A stretch of 32,986 nucleotides of DNA from IMG/VR virus record IMGVR_UViG_3300020281_000083, positions 1 through 32,986 of that record; one strand, given 5' to 3'. The stretch comes from a virus (lineage: Duplodnaviria > Caudoviricetes). Below, piece by piece: positions 16,569-25,203 of the stretch (position 1 is its first letter; every line of letters begins with the position of its first letter). Made by a program: the position numbers and the translations under genes. The notes below the pieces were generated by a model. The model had not been told where the DNA came from. It ran no database searches and saw only the letters and a program-made list of their open reading frames with translations.

Positions 16569-16829
16569 ATGAAAACATTTCGCGTACAGATAAGAGCATA
16601 TGGCTACTACGCTGACTTCGAACTTGCATCCGAAGACAGCTCAGAAGCTTTTGAAAATGCACTAGTTGACAAACTGGGAGAAAATGCTATAGTATGGGAA
16701 AAAGATGGATTTAGTAATAAATCTAAAATATGGATAACCTACGAGGAGACCATTGATGCAAATACAAGTCAGAGACCTTTACAAACAGAAGAGAAGTCTC
16801 GAGACAGAATGGGCGGTGCATCAGCGTGA
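16569..16829 (+). CDS. Small hypothetical protein
   Basis: 86-aa acidic ORF with a purine-rich upstream sequence. Confidence 0.65.
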   Translation: MKTFRVQIRAYGYYADFELASEDSSEAFENALVDKLGENAIVWEKDGFSNKSKIWITYEETIDANTSQRPLQTEEKSRDRMGGASA

Positions 16830-16974
16830 TAACCAAAGGTATACTTTGGACATGGTAAGAATCGACAACAAAATAAGAGAAGTTGTCAGCGCTATTAAGC
16901 AAGAAGAAGCTAGAATAGCAAGCCATGCTAATAAAATAGAAGATGCTGCGCCAGAAGTTTCAGTAGCTACTTAG
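16756..16974 (+). CDS. Small coiled-coil hypothetical protein
   Basis: GAGGAG RBS before ATG 16756. Overlaps the 3' end of the previous ORF. Confidence 0.7.
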   Translation: MQIQVRDLYKQKRSLETEWAVHQRDNQRYTLDMVRIDNKIREVVSAIKQEEARIASHANKIEDAAPEVSVAT

Positions 16975-17021
16975 TAAAAAGCTACATCTTGGACAAATAT
17001 CAAACCAAATTACAGGCTCTC

Positions 17022-17050
17022 TTGCACTCTTGAAAAAATAAGAGTATAAC
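17022..17050 (+). promoter_or_regulatory. Sigma70-type promoter with an inverted repeat spanning the spacer
   Basis: TTGCAC(17022-27)-17-TATAAC(17045-50), with ACTCTT-N8-AAGAGT at 17026-17045. Confidence 0.6.
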
Positions 17051-17056
17051 TAACCC

Positions 17057-17130
17057 ACTATACAATTATAAATTGATGCATAGACGCGTATAGTCGACGG
17101 CCTAGAGACTGTGTATCAAAAACTAGGAGG
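17057..17130 (+). ncRNA. Putative structured 5' leader RNA (pseudoknot)
   Basis: Stem 17073-83/17109-19 with G-U pairs. ACTATAC 17057-63 is complementary to loop GTATAGT 17088-94. Confidence 0.55.
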
Positions 17131-17138
17131 ATATAATT

Positions 17139-18083
17139 ATGGCAAGAACTAACTTTTCGGGACCAATTAACGTTGGCCGAATTCAAACAAACACAGGATC
17201 AGATATTTCTGAAAATGTAAGAAACGTTGCATTCGTAGAATGTCATGCTTCTTTCCCTGTAAACCACAGTAACTTTACTGTAACAACTGATGCTGACAAA
17301 TTAGCTGTGACTGGCTCTAATGGAGCTGCTACAACTTCTGTTACATTAGTAGACGCTACTCAAAACGTACCAGGAATAACTTCTGATGGTGGTTTTGAAG
17401 CTGCTTCTGTAATTACTTTAACATCTGCTGGTAATGACTCTGCAAGAACTGCAACTATTACTGGAACTGATGTTTTAGATAATACACAAACGGAAGATTT
17501 AACAATGGCTAACGCTGATGTTGCAACTTCAACTAAAACTTTCAAAACTGTAAGTTCTATTACTATTGATGGTGGTGGTACTGCTGGAACATTATCAGTA
17601 GGCGTTATTGAAACTGGATTGATTTCAGTTGTGTGTAGATCGTTATTTAACGAATACCCACTTGGTCAATCTTCAACAACAACTGATAAAAACTTAGCGA
17701 ACAATATCGTAATTCCTAAATTTTCTAGAATTAACGATATCAGATTTGTAGTTAATGAAGCTTTCGATACGGCTGGATTTGACGTACAGATTGGTGCTAA
17801 CGTTGCACAAGCATTAGGATCTATGACTAACAGTTTAGATCTTGATTACTTTGCAGGTGATGCAGACAACGATGTAAAAGCCGTTGCTTCTCACCACATA
17901 CCAACTGGTATGGACCAAACAGTTGCTCAGATGAAAAACTGTCTGAACGTTTCAGACGATGATGCATCTGGTTACGAGATGGATAAAGTAGTTGTTATTT
18001 CTGCTAAAACAGATGACGCTTTAACTGCTGGAGAAGCAGTATTAAACGTTTACTGGACACAGCAAATTAATAACACTAACTAA
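17139..18083 (+). CDS. Putative virion structural protein
   Basis: 314 aa, strong AGGAGG RBS, MARTNFSGPI start, Thr/Ala/Gly-rich. Confidence 0.7.
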   Translation: MARTNFSGPINVGRIQTNTGSDISENVRNVAFVECHASFPVNHSNFTVTTDADKLAVTGSNGAATTSVTLVDATQNVPGITSDGGFEAASVITLTSAGNDSARTATITGTDVLDNTQTEDLTMANADVATSTKTFKTVSSITIDGGGTAGTLSVGVIETGLISVVCRSLFNEYPLGQSSTTTDKNLANNIVIPKFSRINDIRFVVNEAFDTAGFDVQIGANVAQALGSMTNSLDLDYFAGDADNDVKAVASHHIPTGMDQTVAQMKNCLNVSDDDASGYEMDKVVVISAKTDDALTAGEAVLNVYWTQQINNTN

Positions 18084-18094
18084 TAAATAATTAT

Positions 18095-18114
18095 TGTGGG
18101 GCTTCGGCCCCACA
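18095..18114 (+). terminator. cUUCGg hairpin (weak terminator or stabilising hairpin)
   Basis: TGTGGGGC-TTCG-GCCCCACA with no clear U-tract. Confidence 0.55.
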
Positions 18115-18133
18115 TAAATTATAAGGAGATAAC

Positions 18134-18700
18134 ATGGCAACAGATATTAAATCGAAACGATTTGTTCAAGGAACTCATACTTCTATGGTTTCTGCTTCAG
18201 GCACAGCGCAAAGTTTAGTCATTGACGTTGGAGAGTTTGTAAACGCACAAACAATAACTTTAACATCGAGTGCTAACAACTCTGGTAGAACGTTTACTAT
18301 AGTTGGAACAGACGCTAACGGAGCGGCACAAACTGTGACTAAAACAGGACCTAATGCTAACACTGTAGATGTAACTGGCACATTTTTAACTGTAACAAGT
18401 ATCACTTCAGACGGTGCAATCACTACAGATATTTCTGCTGGTGTAAAAGATGGTGCAGCTACTGGAACTCTTTTCGCAGGTGCGACTAGAATCAGAGGAA
18501 TGAGTGGAAACGGAGCAGGTGCAGGTCACATAAACTTTAAAAATGGAAGTCAGTCTGGAACAACTCAACACACAGAATATGTAAGAAATGATCTTATTGA
18601 TCCTTATATACCTGATGATGGTATTCGTTTTCCAGATGGATGTTATATGCAAGCCACTGCGTCAGCAGTAGTAGGTTTGTCAATATACTTTGACGGCTAG
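18134..18700 (+). CDS. Putative virion structural protein
   Basis: 188 aa, TAAGGAG RBS, C-terminal IPDDGIRFPDG. Shares a domain with the upstream gene. Confidence 0.7.
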   Translation: MATDIKSKRFVQGTHTSMVSASGTAQSLVIDVGEFVNAQTITLTSSANNSGRTFTIVGTDANGAAQTVTKTGPNANTVDVTGTFLTVTSITSDGAITTDISAGVKDGAATGTLFAGATRIRGMSGNGAGAGHINFKNGSQSGTTQHTEYVRNDLIDPYIPDDGIRFPDGCYMQATASAVVGLSIYFDG

Positions 18701-18708
18701 GAGTTTAA

Positions 18709-19803
18709 ATGGCTACTATAACTTACACAGTAACCGTAGCATCGGGGACTAACAGGCATGGTACAGGTAATAAATTTTATCTAAACGGCACAGTTAGCCC
18801 TGACATAAACCTTATAGAAGGTAATACCTATGTATTTGATCAATCAGACTCTACAAATGAAACACACTTACTAGGTTTTTCTTTAAACGATAACAATTCA
18901 CCAGCTAATGTTTACACTACTGGTGTAACTCAAACTGGAACACCAGGAACTAGTGGCGCTAATACAACAATAGTTGTGGCTGCTTTCGCACCAACACTTT
19001 ATTACTATTGTGTAAATCACTCTGGTATGGGTGCCACAGCCTACACTTTATCCGGTGGCTCAACATCTGAAACAACTACTTTTGAAAAAAGTTTTCCTGT
19101 AGATGATGTTATAGAAGAAGCTTATGAAAGATTAGGATATCAAAACGTAACGGGATATCATCTAAAGTCTGCAAGAAAATCATTAAATATTTTACTACAA
19201 GAGTGGGGAAACAGAGGTTTACATTATTGGGAAGTAGATGAAACCAACGTTGATCTAGTTCAAGGACAATCTGATTATGATTTCTTTAGAGCAAGTAGTG
19301 ATGGTTCTAGTGCAACCACAGCCCCTACAAATAATATTTATGGTTTATCAGATATATTAGAGGCACAATTAAGAAACAACAGAGGACAAACAACACAGTC
19401 AGATAGTCCAATGACAAAAGTAGATAGATCTACTTACGCAGGTTTTTCAAATAAATTATCTCAAGGAACACCTAATCAATATTGGGTAGAAAGATTTGTA
19501 GATAAAGTTAGATTACATATCTATCCAACTCCTGATTCTACAAACGCATCAAAAGAAATACATTTTTATTACACTAAAAGAATACAAGATGCAGGTAATT
19601 ACGATGATGTGGTTAATGTTCCATACAGATTTGTACCTTGTATGTGTGCAGGTTTAGCTTTTTATTTATCACAAAAATATACACCAGAAAGATCTCAACA
19701 ATTAAAATTATATTACGAAGACGAGTTTCAAAGAGCATTGCAGGAGGATGGGTCAGCTTCTAGTACTTATATTACACCTAAAGCTTATTACCCAAGTTCA
19801 TAA
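18709..19803 (+). CDS. Head-tail adaptor / tail tubular protein A-like, with N-terminal cupredoxin-like domain
   Basis: IEEAYER...SARKSLNILLQEWGNRGL...GTPNQYW...IYPTPD...GLAFYL adaptor-type motifs. N-terminal LYYYCVNHSGMG. Confidence 0.7.
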   Translation: MATITYTVTVASGTNRHGTGNKFYLNGTVSPDINLIEGNTYVFDQSDSTNETHLLGFSLNDNNSPANVYTTGVTQTGTPGTSGANTTIVVAAFAPTLYYYCVNHSGMGATAYTLSGGSTSETTTFEKSFPVDDVIEEAYERLGYQNVTGYHLKSARKSLNILLQEWGNRGLHYWEVDETNVDLVQGQSDYDFFRASSDGSSATTAPTNNIYGLSDILEAQLRNNRGQTTQSDSPMTKVDRSTYAGFSNKLSQGTPNQYWVERFVDKVRLHIYPTPDSTNASKEIHFYYTKRIQDAGNYDDVVNVPYRFVPCMCAGLAFYLSQKYTPERSQQLKLYYEDEFQRALQEDGSASSTYITPKAYYPSS

Positions 19804-20405
19804 TGGCAAAGTACGCAACTGGTAAATATGCAAAAGCAATATCTGATAGATCAGGATTAGAGTTCCCTTACACAGAAATGGTAAGAGAATGGAATGGATC
19901 TTTGGTACACATATCTGAGTTTGAACCAAAGCAACCACAATTAGAACCAAAGCCTATGAACGGCGATGCAATATCTTTAAGAAATGTAAGACCATCAAGA
20001 ATAGCTCCTACAGTTATAAGAATGATACCTGAAAACGGTTTTGAAACATATCAAGCTGGTTCTTCAATCATTAATGTTTCTTTTCCAGGACATGGATTAA
20101 CAAGTGGAACTACACAAAGATTTAGAGGTCAACCAACTACATCACCAGGAACTGGAACTTCAACCAATCCTGTTTTTGCTTTTGCAAACCCAGGAGATTT
20201 TGATGGGATACTAGGATCTAATATAGCTAAAGCAGCTGGATACACAATTACCACAGGCCTTTACAGAAACGATGCCGTGGATACGAGTGATTTTTCGGTT
20301 GCGAATTTTTTCCATTTTACAGTAGACACAAACACTGCTACAAAGGGAGGAGTATCAGGAGGAGGATTGGGCTGTTCAGTTGGTCCAATAACTATAGAAG
20401 CATAA
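19803..20405 (+). CDS. Hypothetical virion protein
   Basis: 200 aa, AISDRSG...FEPKQPQL, TAATG-coupled. Confidence 0.7.
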   Translation: MAKYATGKYAKAISDRSGLEFPYTEMVREWNGSLVHISEFEPKQPQLEPKPMNGDAISLRNVRPSRIAPTVIRMIPENGFETYQAGSSIINVSFPGHGLTSGTTQRFRGQPTTSPGTGTSTNPVFAFANPGDFDGILGSNIAKAAGYTITTGLYRNDAVDTSDFSVANFFHFTVDTNTATKGGVSGGGLGCSVGPITIEA

Positions 20406-21085
20406 TGGCATATACATATTCAGATTTAAAAACAGATATTAGAAATTATACAGAAGTAGACAGTAACGTTTTGTCTGATTCTATTTTAACTTCTTTAGTT
20501 AAGAAAGCAGAGAATAAAGTTTATAGAGCTGTGGATACGGACGAAGAAAGAGAATATGCGACTTCTGTATTGGCAACAGGTAACAGATATGTAACTATAC
20601 CCACAGATCTTAGGGCAATTAGATACGTTCAGCTAGCTGATAATTCTACCTCTCCAGCAAAACAAGTTTATTTAGAAAAAAGAGATACCTCTTTTATGGC
20701 GGAGTATTATAATACACCCTCTAATTCGTCTGGTTTTCCTAAGTATTATGCTAACTGGGATGAGCAGTTTTGGGTAGTAGCCCCTACTCCAGATCAACAA
20801 TATGCTATAACTTTGGCCTATACAAAACAGCCTACTAGCATAACTACGTCAGATTCTCAGACTACCGATTTAAGTAACAAATACGAAGATTTACTTTTGT
20901 ATTCTTCTTTGGTAGAAGTATATGGGTACTTGAAAGGTCCTGCAGATATGTTAAATTTCTATCAGCAGTCTTATACACAAGCTTTAGAGTCTTATGCTTT
21001 AGAGCAACAAGGACTAAGAAGAAGGGACGAATACATGGATGGTGTTATTCGGGTTCCTATGAAATCAAAACCACCATCACTATAA
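20405..21085 (+). CDS. Second adaptor / tail tubular-like protein
   Basis: TYSDLKTDIRNY...GFPKYYA...VAPTPD...LLLYSSLVE. The motif order parallels the adaptor at 18709. Confidence 0.65.
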   Translation: MAYTYSDLKTDIRNYTEVDSNVLSDSILTSLVKKAENKVYRAVDTDEEREYATSVLATGNRYVTIPTDLRAIRYVQLADNSTSPAKQVYLEKRDTSFMAEYYNTPSNSSGFPKYYANWDEQFWVVAPTPDQQYAITLAYTKQPTSITTSDSQTTDLSNKYEDLLLYSSLVEVYGYLKGPADMLNFYQQSYTQALESYALEQQGLRRRDEYMDGVIRVPMKSKPPSL

Positions 21086-21096
21086 GGAGATAAAAT

Positions 21097-21531
21097 ATGG
21101 CAAACGTTGTACCAAATGCATTTAAAGGAGAGTTACTATCAGGAACGCACAACTTTGCGTCTGGTGGAGATTCTTTTAAATTAGCTTTATACACAGCAAA
21201 TCCATACACAACTAGTAGCACAGCTTATTCATCTGGTGCTGGAAACGAAGTTTCTGGATCTGCACCTGGATACTCAACAGGTGGAAGTGCATTAACAAGT
21301 CAAGCGGTAGCTTCATCAACTGCAACTGCAAGTGTTGACTTTGCTAACTTAACTTTCTCAAGCGCAACTTTTTCTGCTGCGTTTGGAGCAATTTATAATG
21401 ATGATAAATCTGATAAATTAGTTGTAATTTTGGATTTTGGTGGAACAAAGACGGCAACCAATGGTGACTTCACTATTGCGTTTCCTGATCCAAGTACACC
21501 ATCCAATGCGATTATAAGTTTAACATCGTAA
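21097..21531 (+). CDS. Putative tail/virion protein
   Basis: 144 aa, FKLALYT...GYSTGG...LDFGG, TAAGGAG RBS. Confidence 0.7.
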   Translation: MANVVPNAFKGELLSGTHNFASGGDSFKLALYTANPYTTSSTAYSSGAGNEVSGSAPGYSTGGSALTSQAVASSTATASVDFANLTFSSATFSAAFGAIYNDDKSDKLVVILDFGGTKTATNGDFTIAFPDPSTPSNAIISLTS

Positions 21532-21543
21532 TAGGAGAAGTAT

Positions 21544-21930
21544 ATGGCTTTTGTAATTAATGATCGAGTAAAAGAAACTAGCACAACAACTGGAACGGGC
21601 ACGTTAGATCTTGGTGGTGCTCAACAAGGTTTTGAAACTTTTGTAGCTGGTATCGGAGATACTAACACAACTTACTATGCTATCTTTAATCAAGGTACAG
21701 CGGAGTTTGAAGTTGGTATTGGAACGGTAACAGATGCAGCAACAGATACACTATCAAGAACAAGTGTGATATCATCATCTAATGGTGATTCGTTAGTTAA
21801 TTTTACCGGTGGTACAAAAGACGTTTTCTGTACTTTACCTGCGAGTAAAGCAGTATTTTTAGATAACTCTGGCGAAGTGCAAAATGCAGCCAGTAAAGGA
21901 TTTGCAACCGCAATGGCGATTGCATTATAG
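21544..21930 (+). CDS. Putative tail-fibre proximal protein
   Basis: DRVKETSTTTGTGT...EVGIGT...GTKDVFCTLPA, ending AMAIAL. Confidence 0.7.
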   Translation: MAFVINDRVKETSTTTGTGTLDLGGAQQGFETFVAGIGDTNTTYYAIFNQGTAEFEVGIGTVTDAATDTLSRTSVISSSNGDSLVNFTGGTKDVFCTLPASKAVFLDNSGEVQNAASKGFATAMAIAL

Positions 21931-21938
21931 GAGGATAA

Positions 21939-22268
21939 ATGGCACAAGATTTTGAAGGATCGGGAGCGCAGATAACAAACTCAGCAACGACTTTGTTAAC
22001 GGCTAACTCTGACGATGCTGTTGTAGGAATTAGACTTGCCAATGTCTTAGCGAGTGCAGTGACTGTTAGTGTCTTTATAGATGATAACGGTTCTGGAACT
22101 TTGAGATACATCGTTAAAGATTTAGCTTTGCCCGCAGCAAGTTCTGTAGAACTTGTGCAAGGTGGTTCTAAAATAGTTTTAAACAGTGGAGATGTGTTGA
22201 AAGGTCAAGCCGATACTGCATCAAGTGTTGATGTTTGGTTAAGCCGTGTAGACGCAATTAGCACATAA
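21939..22268 (+). CDS. Putative tail-fibre-associated protein
   Basis: 109 aa, beta-rich, KIVLNSGDVL, AGGAGG RBS. Confidence 0.7.
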   Translation: MAQDFEGSGAQITNSATTLLTANSDDAVVGIRLANVLASAVTVSVFIDDNGSGTLRYIVKDLALPAASSVELVQGGSKIVLNSGDVLKGQADTASSVDVWLSRVDAIST

Positions 22269-22277
22269 GGAGAATAA

Positions 22278-22448
22278 ATGGCTGAGATAAATGAACAAGT
22301 TTACGTGGGTGATAGAGTAGCTGAAACTAGCATACATCACCATGCAGCAACTTTTACTAGACCTATGGTAATAGAAAATGCTGTGTTAGCTGGTCCTGTA
22401 ACTTTTAGTGCAACAGTGACTGTAACTGGAACTTTGGTAGTAGTATAA
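22278..22448 (+). CDS. Small fibre-associated protein, 56 aa (not in ORF track)
   Basis: TAAGGAG RBS. MAEINEQVYVGDRVAETSIHHHAATFTRPMVIENAVLAGPVTFSATVTVTGTLVVV. TAATG-coupled to the next gene. Confidence 0.8.
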   Translation: MAEINEQVYVGDRVAETSIHHHAATFTRPMVIENAVLAGPVTFSATVTVTGTLVVV

Positions 22449-23836
22449 TGAGTAAAATAGAAGTAAATACAATAGACGTACAATGTGGTTCAACGCTTAC
22501 AGTTGGATCATCTGGTAAAACTGTATCACTTGCAACTGGTGCATCACAAACAGGTTTTGGTCGTACCGGAACTGTAGATTGGTGTACAACCGCAAAAACA
22601 AGTCCATTCACTGCTGTTAGTGGTGATGGTTTTTTTCTTAACACAAATGGTGGTGCGATAACTGTAACTCTTCCAAGTTCTCCCTCTCAAGGAGATATTG
22701 TTGCTTTCAAAGATTATAACAATACTTGGGATGATGCATGTAAAGCAGTGACGTTATGTAGAAACGGATCTAAAATTGGTGGTGAATGTGAAAATGCAAT
22801 TTTAAACACAGAAGCTCAATCAGTAACTTTAATTTATGTTGACGGCACAAAAGGTTGGATGGATATTCATGACTCAACTGCTAACGTTACAGGTAATCCA
22901 GCTTTTATAAGTGCAACTGGTGGTACAATCACAACATCTGGCGATTTTAAAATTCATACGTTTACAGGTGACGGAAACTTTGTTGTTACGCAAGGATCAT
23001 CAGCCCCTAACAATAATGTTTCTTACATGGTCGTCGCAGGTGGTGGCGGTGGTGGTTCTGGAGGATCACCTAGTGGTGGTAATGGAGCCGGTGGTGGTGG
23101 CGGTGGAGGTTTTAGAGAAGGACAAACTCCGCAAGCACCATTTACAGGAAGTCCATTAAAAGCTGGATCTGGTGTTCCAGTTTCTACACAAAGTTATCCA
23201 ATTACAGTAGGTGGAGGTGGAGCAGGAGGAGTTCCTACACCTGGACCACCATATGCATCAGTTAATGGAGTAAAAGGAGATAATTCAGTTTTTTCAACAA
23301 TAACATCAACCGGTGGTGGTTTCGGTGGTCATGGTGCTAACGCACCAGGACAAGGTGGACCAGGTGGTTCGGGTGGTGGTGCAGGTGGTGGTTGTTCTTC
23401 TGCTAATCCAGGTGGAACAGGAAATGATCCGCCAACAACTCCAGCACAAGGAACAAACGGAGGAGATGGTGGAAATACGAGTCCCGATGTTAAATCAGGC
23501 GGTGGCGGTGGCGCTACAGCTGCGGGCACATCAGGAAGTAATCCTCCAAGTGGAAATGGACCTGGTGGAGCTGGAGCAACAACAAGTATTTCAGGAAGCC
23601 CTTTATCTTTTTCAGGTGGTGGTGGAGGTGGAGCTGGTAACCCATCAGGCGCAAGTTTCGGAGGATCAGGAGGAACTGGTGGCGGTGGAGCTGGTTTTGG
23701 TAATGGAACAGGAGATGGAGTCGCTGGAACAGTCAACACTGGTGGTGGCGGTGGTGGAGCTGGAACACAACCAGGTACTGCTAATGGCGGTGCAGGAGGT
23801 TCAGGAAAAGTAGTAATTAAATATAAATTTCAATAA
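22448..23836 (+). CDS. Glycine-rich tail fibre / receptor-binding protein, paralog 1
   Basis: N-terminal VTLPSSP..GD..LIYVDGTKGW domain, then IHTFTGDG, YMVVAGGGGGG, polyGly tracts and GSGKVVIKYKFQ. Confidence 0.8.
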   Translation: MSKIEVNTIDVQCGSTLTVGSSGKTVSLATGASQTGFGRTGTVDWCTTAKTSPFTAVSGDGFFLNTNGGAITVTLPSSPSQGDIVAFKDYNNTWDDACKAVTLCRNGSKIGGECENAILNTEAQSVTLIYVDGTKGWMDIHDSTANVTGNPAFISATGGTITTSGDFKIHTFTGDGNFVVTQGSSAPNNNVSYMVVAGGGGGGSGGSPSGGNGAGGGGGGGFREGQTPQAPFTGSPLKAGSGVPVSTQSYPITVGGGGAGGVPTPGPPYASVNGVKGDNSVFSTITSTGGGFGGHGANAPGQGGPGGSGGGAGGGCSSANPGGTGNDPPTTPAQGTNGGDGGNTSPDVKSGGGGGATAAGTSGSNPPSGNGPGGAGATTSISGSPLSFSGGGGGGAGNPSGASFGGSGGTGGGGAGFGNGTGDGVAGTVNTGGGGGGAGTQPGTANGGAGGSGKVVIKYKFQ

Positions 23837-25203
23837 TGACTAGTAAGATTAAAGTAGATAACATACACAAAACTTCAGATGACTCAGTCATCGTAAAAAA
23901 ATGTGGATCAACTACAACCGTTGGATCAGGTTCTGGTCAAACTGTTGTTTTAGATGGTGCAACAGTAACATTAGGTAGATGTGGTGGTGCTGTTAATCTT
24001 GCATCGGGTGCAACACAAACAGGTTTTGGTAGAACCGGAACTGTAAATTGGTGCACAACTGCAAAGACTAGCCCTTTCACTGCAACAAATGGTAGTGGAT
24101 TTTTTGTTAACACAGCTGGCGGTGCAGTTACTGCAACTTTACCTAGTAGTCCAACTGCTGGTCAAATTGTTGCTTTTTCAGATTACTCATCCACGTTTGC
24201 TTGCAATAATTTAACCATTGGTAGAAATGGTTCTAAAATTAATGGTTCATGTAACTGTGGTCTTATACAAACAAAAGGTGCATCTATTACATTAGTTTAC
24301 GTTGATGGCACTAGAGGCTGGAAACAGGTTAATGACGCTACATTAGACGTAACAGGAAACCCACCTTTTATAAACGCATCAGGTGGTACAGTAACCACGT
24401 CAGGAGATTTTAAAATGCACACCTTTACTGGAGATGGAACTTTCGTAGTATGTTCAGCTCCAACTCCTGCAAACAATAAGATATCTTATATGGTTGTTGC
24501 AGGTGGTGGTGGATCAGGATGTAACATCGGTGGTGGTGGTGGAGGAGGTGGTTTTAGAGAGGGCAAATTATCAACCGACCCTTATACTGCTTCACCTTTA
24601 GCAGCAACACCTTGTTCAGCTTTAACTGTAACAGCAGGATCAACTACTCCGGTAACGGTAGGTGGTGGCGGTGCGGGTGGTAGTTGTTCAGCTGGAGCAA
24701 GTGGAGAAAATTCTGTTTTTAGCACAATTACTTCTGCTGGAGGCGGAGGCGGAGGAAAATATCCTGGAACAAGTGGTCTTGATGGTGGTTCAGGAGGTGG
24801 TGCCGGAAGAGGAGGAAGTGCAGGTTCAGGTAACACTCCTCCAACAACTCCGTCTCAAGGTAATGGCGGTGGCCCAAGTCCATCAGGTATAGGATTTCCA
24901 GCTTTAGGTGGCGGAGGTGGTGGTGGCGCAACAGGTGCTGGTGGCGGTGGTTCATCAAGTAATGGTGGTTCTGGCGGAGCAGGAGCAACAACAAATATTA
25001 CAGCATCCCCGGTAGCAAGATCTGGTGGCGGTGGTGCAGGTGTATATACTGGAACTCCAGGAACTGGAGGAACTGGTGGAGGTGCTCCAGGTGGAGCTGC
25101 AGGTCCAGATAGAAATGGAACAGCAAACACTGGTGGTGGTGGAGGTGGAGTGACAGGTACAGGTGGATCAGGTATAGTAGTAATAAGGTACAAATTTCAA
25201 TAA
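23836..25203 (+). CDS. Glycine-rich tail fibre / receptor-binding protein, paralog 2
   Basis: Same architecture, ending GSGIVVIRYKFQ. Confidence 0.8.
   Translation: MTSKIKVDNIHKTSDDSVIVKKCGSTTTVGSGSGQTVVLDGATVTLGRCGGAVNLASGATQTGFGRTGTVNWCTTAKTSPFTATNGSGFFVNTAGGAVTATLPSSPTAGQIVAFSDYSSTFACNNLTIGRNGSKINGSCNCGLIQTKGASITLVYVDGTRGWKQVNDATLDVTGNPPFINASGGTVTTSGDFKMHTFTGDGTFVVCSAPTPANNKISYMVVAGGGGSGCNIGGGGGGGGFREGKLSTDPYTASPLAATPCSALTVTAGSTTPVTVGGGGAGGSCSAGASGENSVFSTITSAGGGGGGKYPGTSGLDGGSGGGAGRGGSAGSGNTPPTTPSQGNGGGPSPSGIGFPALGGGGGGGATGAGGGGSSSNGGSGGAGATTNITASPVARSGGGGAGVYTGTPGTGGTGGGAPGGAAGPDRNGTANTGGGGGGVTGTGGSGIVVIRYKFQ

Noticed and set aside
16963-16985. GTAGCT...AGCTAC inverted repeat at the end of the small ORF
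   Set aside because: Only 6 bp with no U-tract, too weak to call without comparative data.
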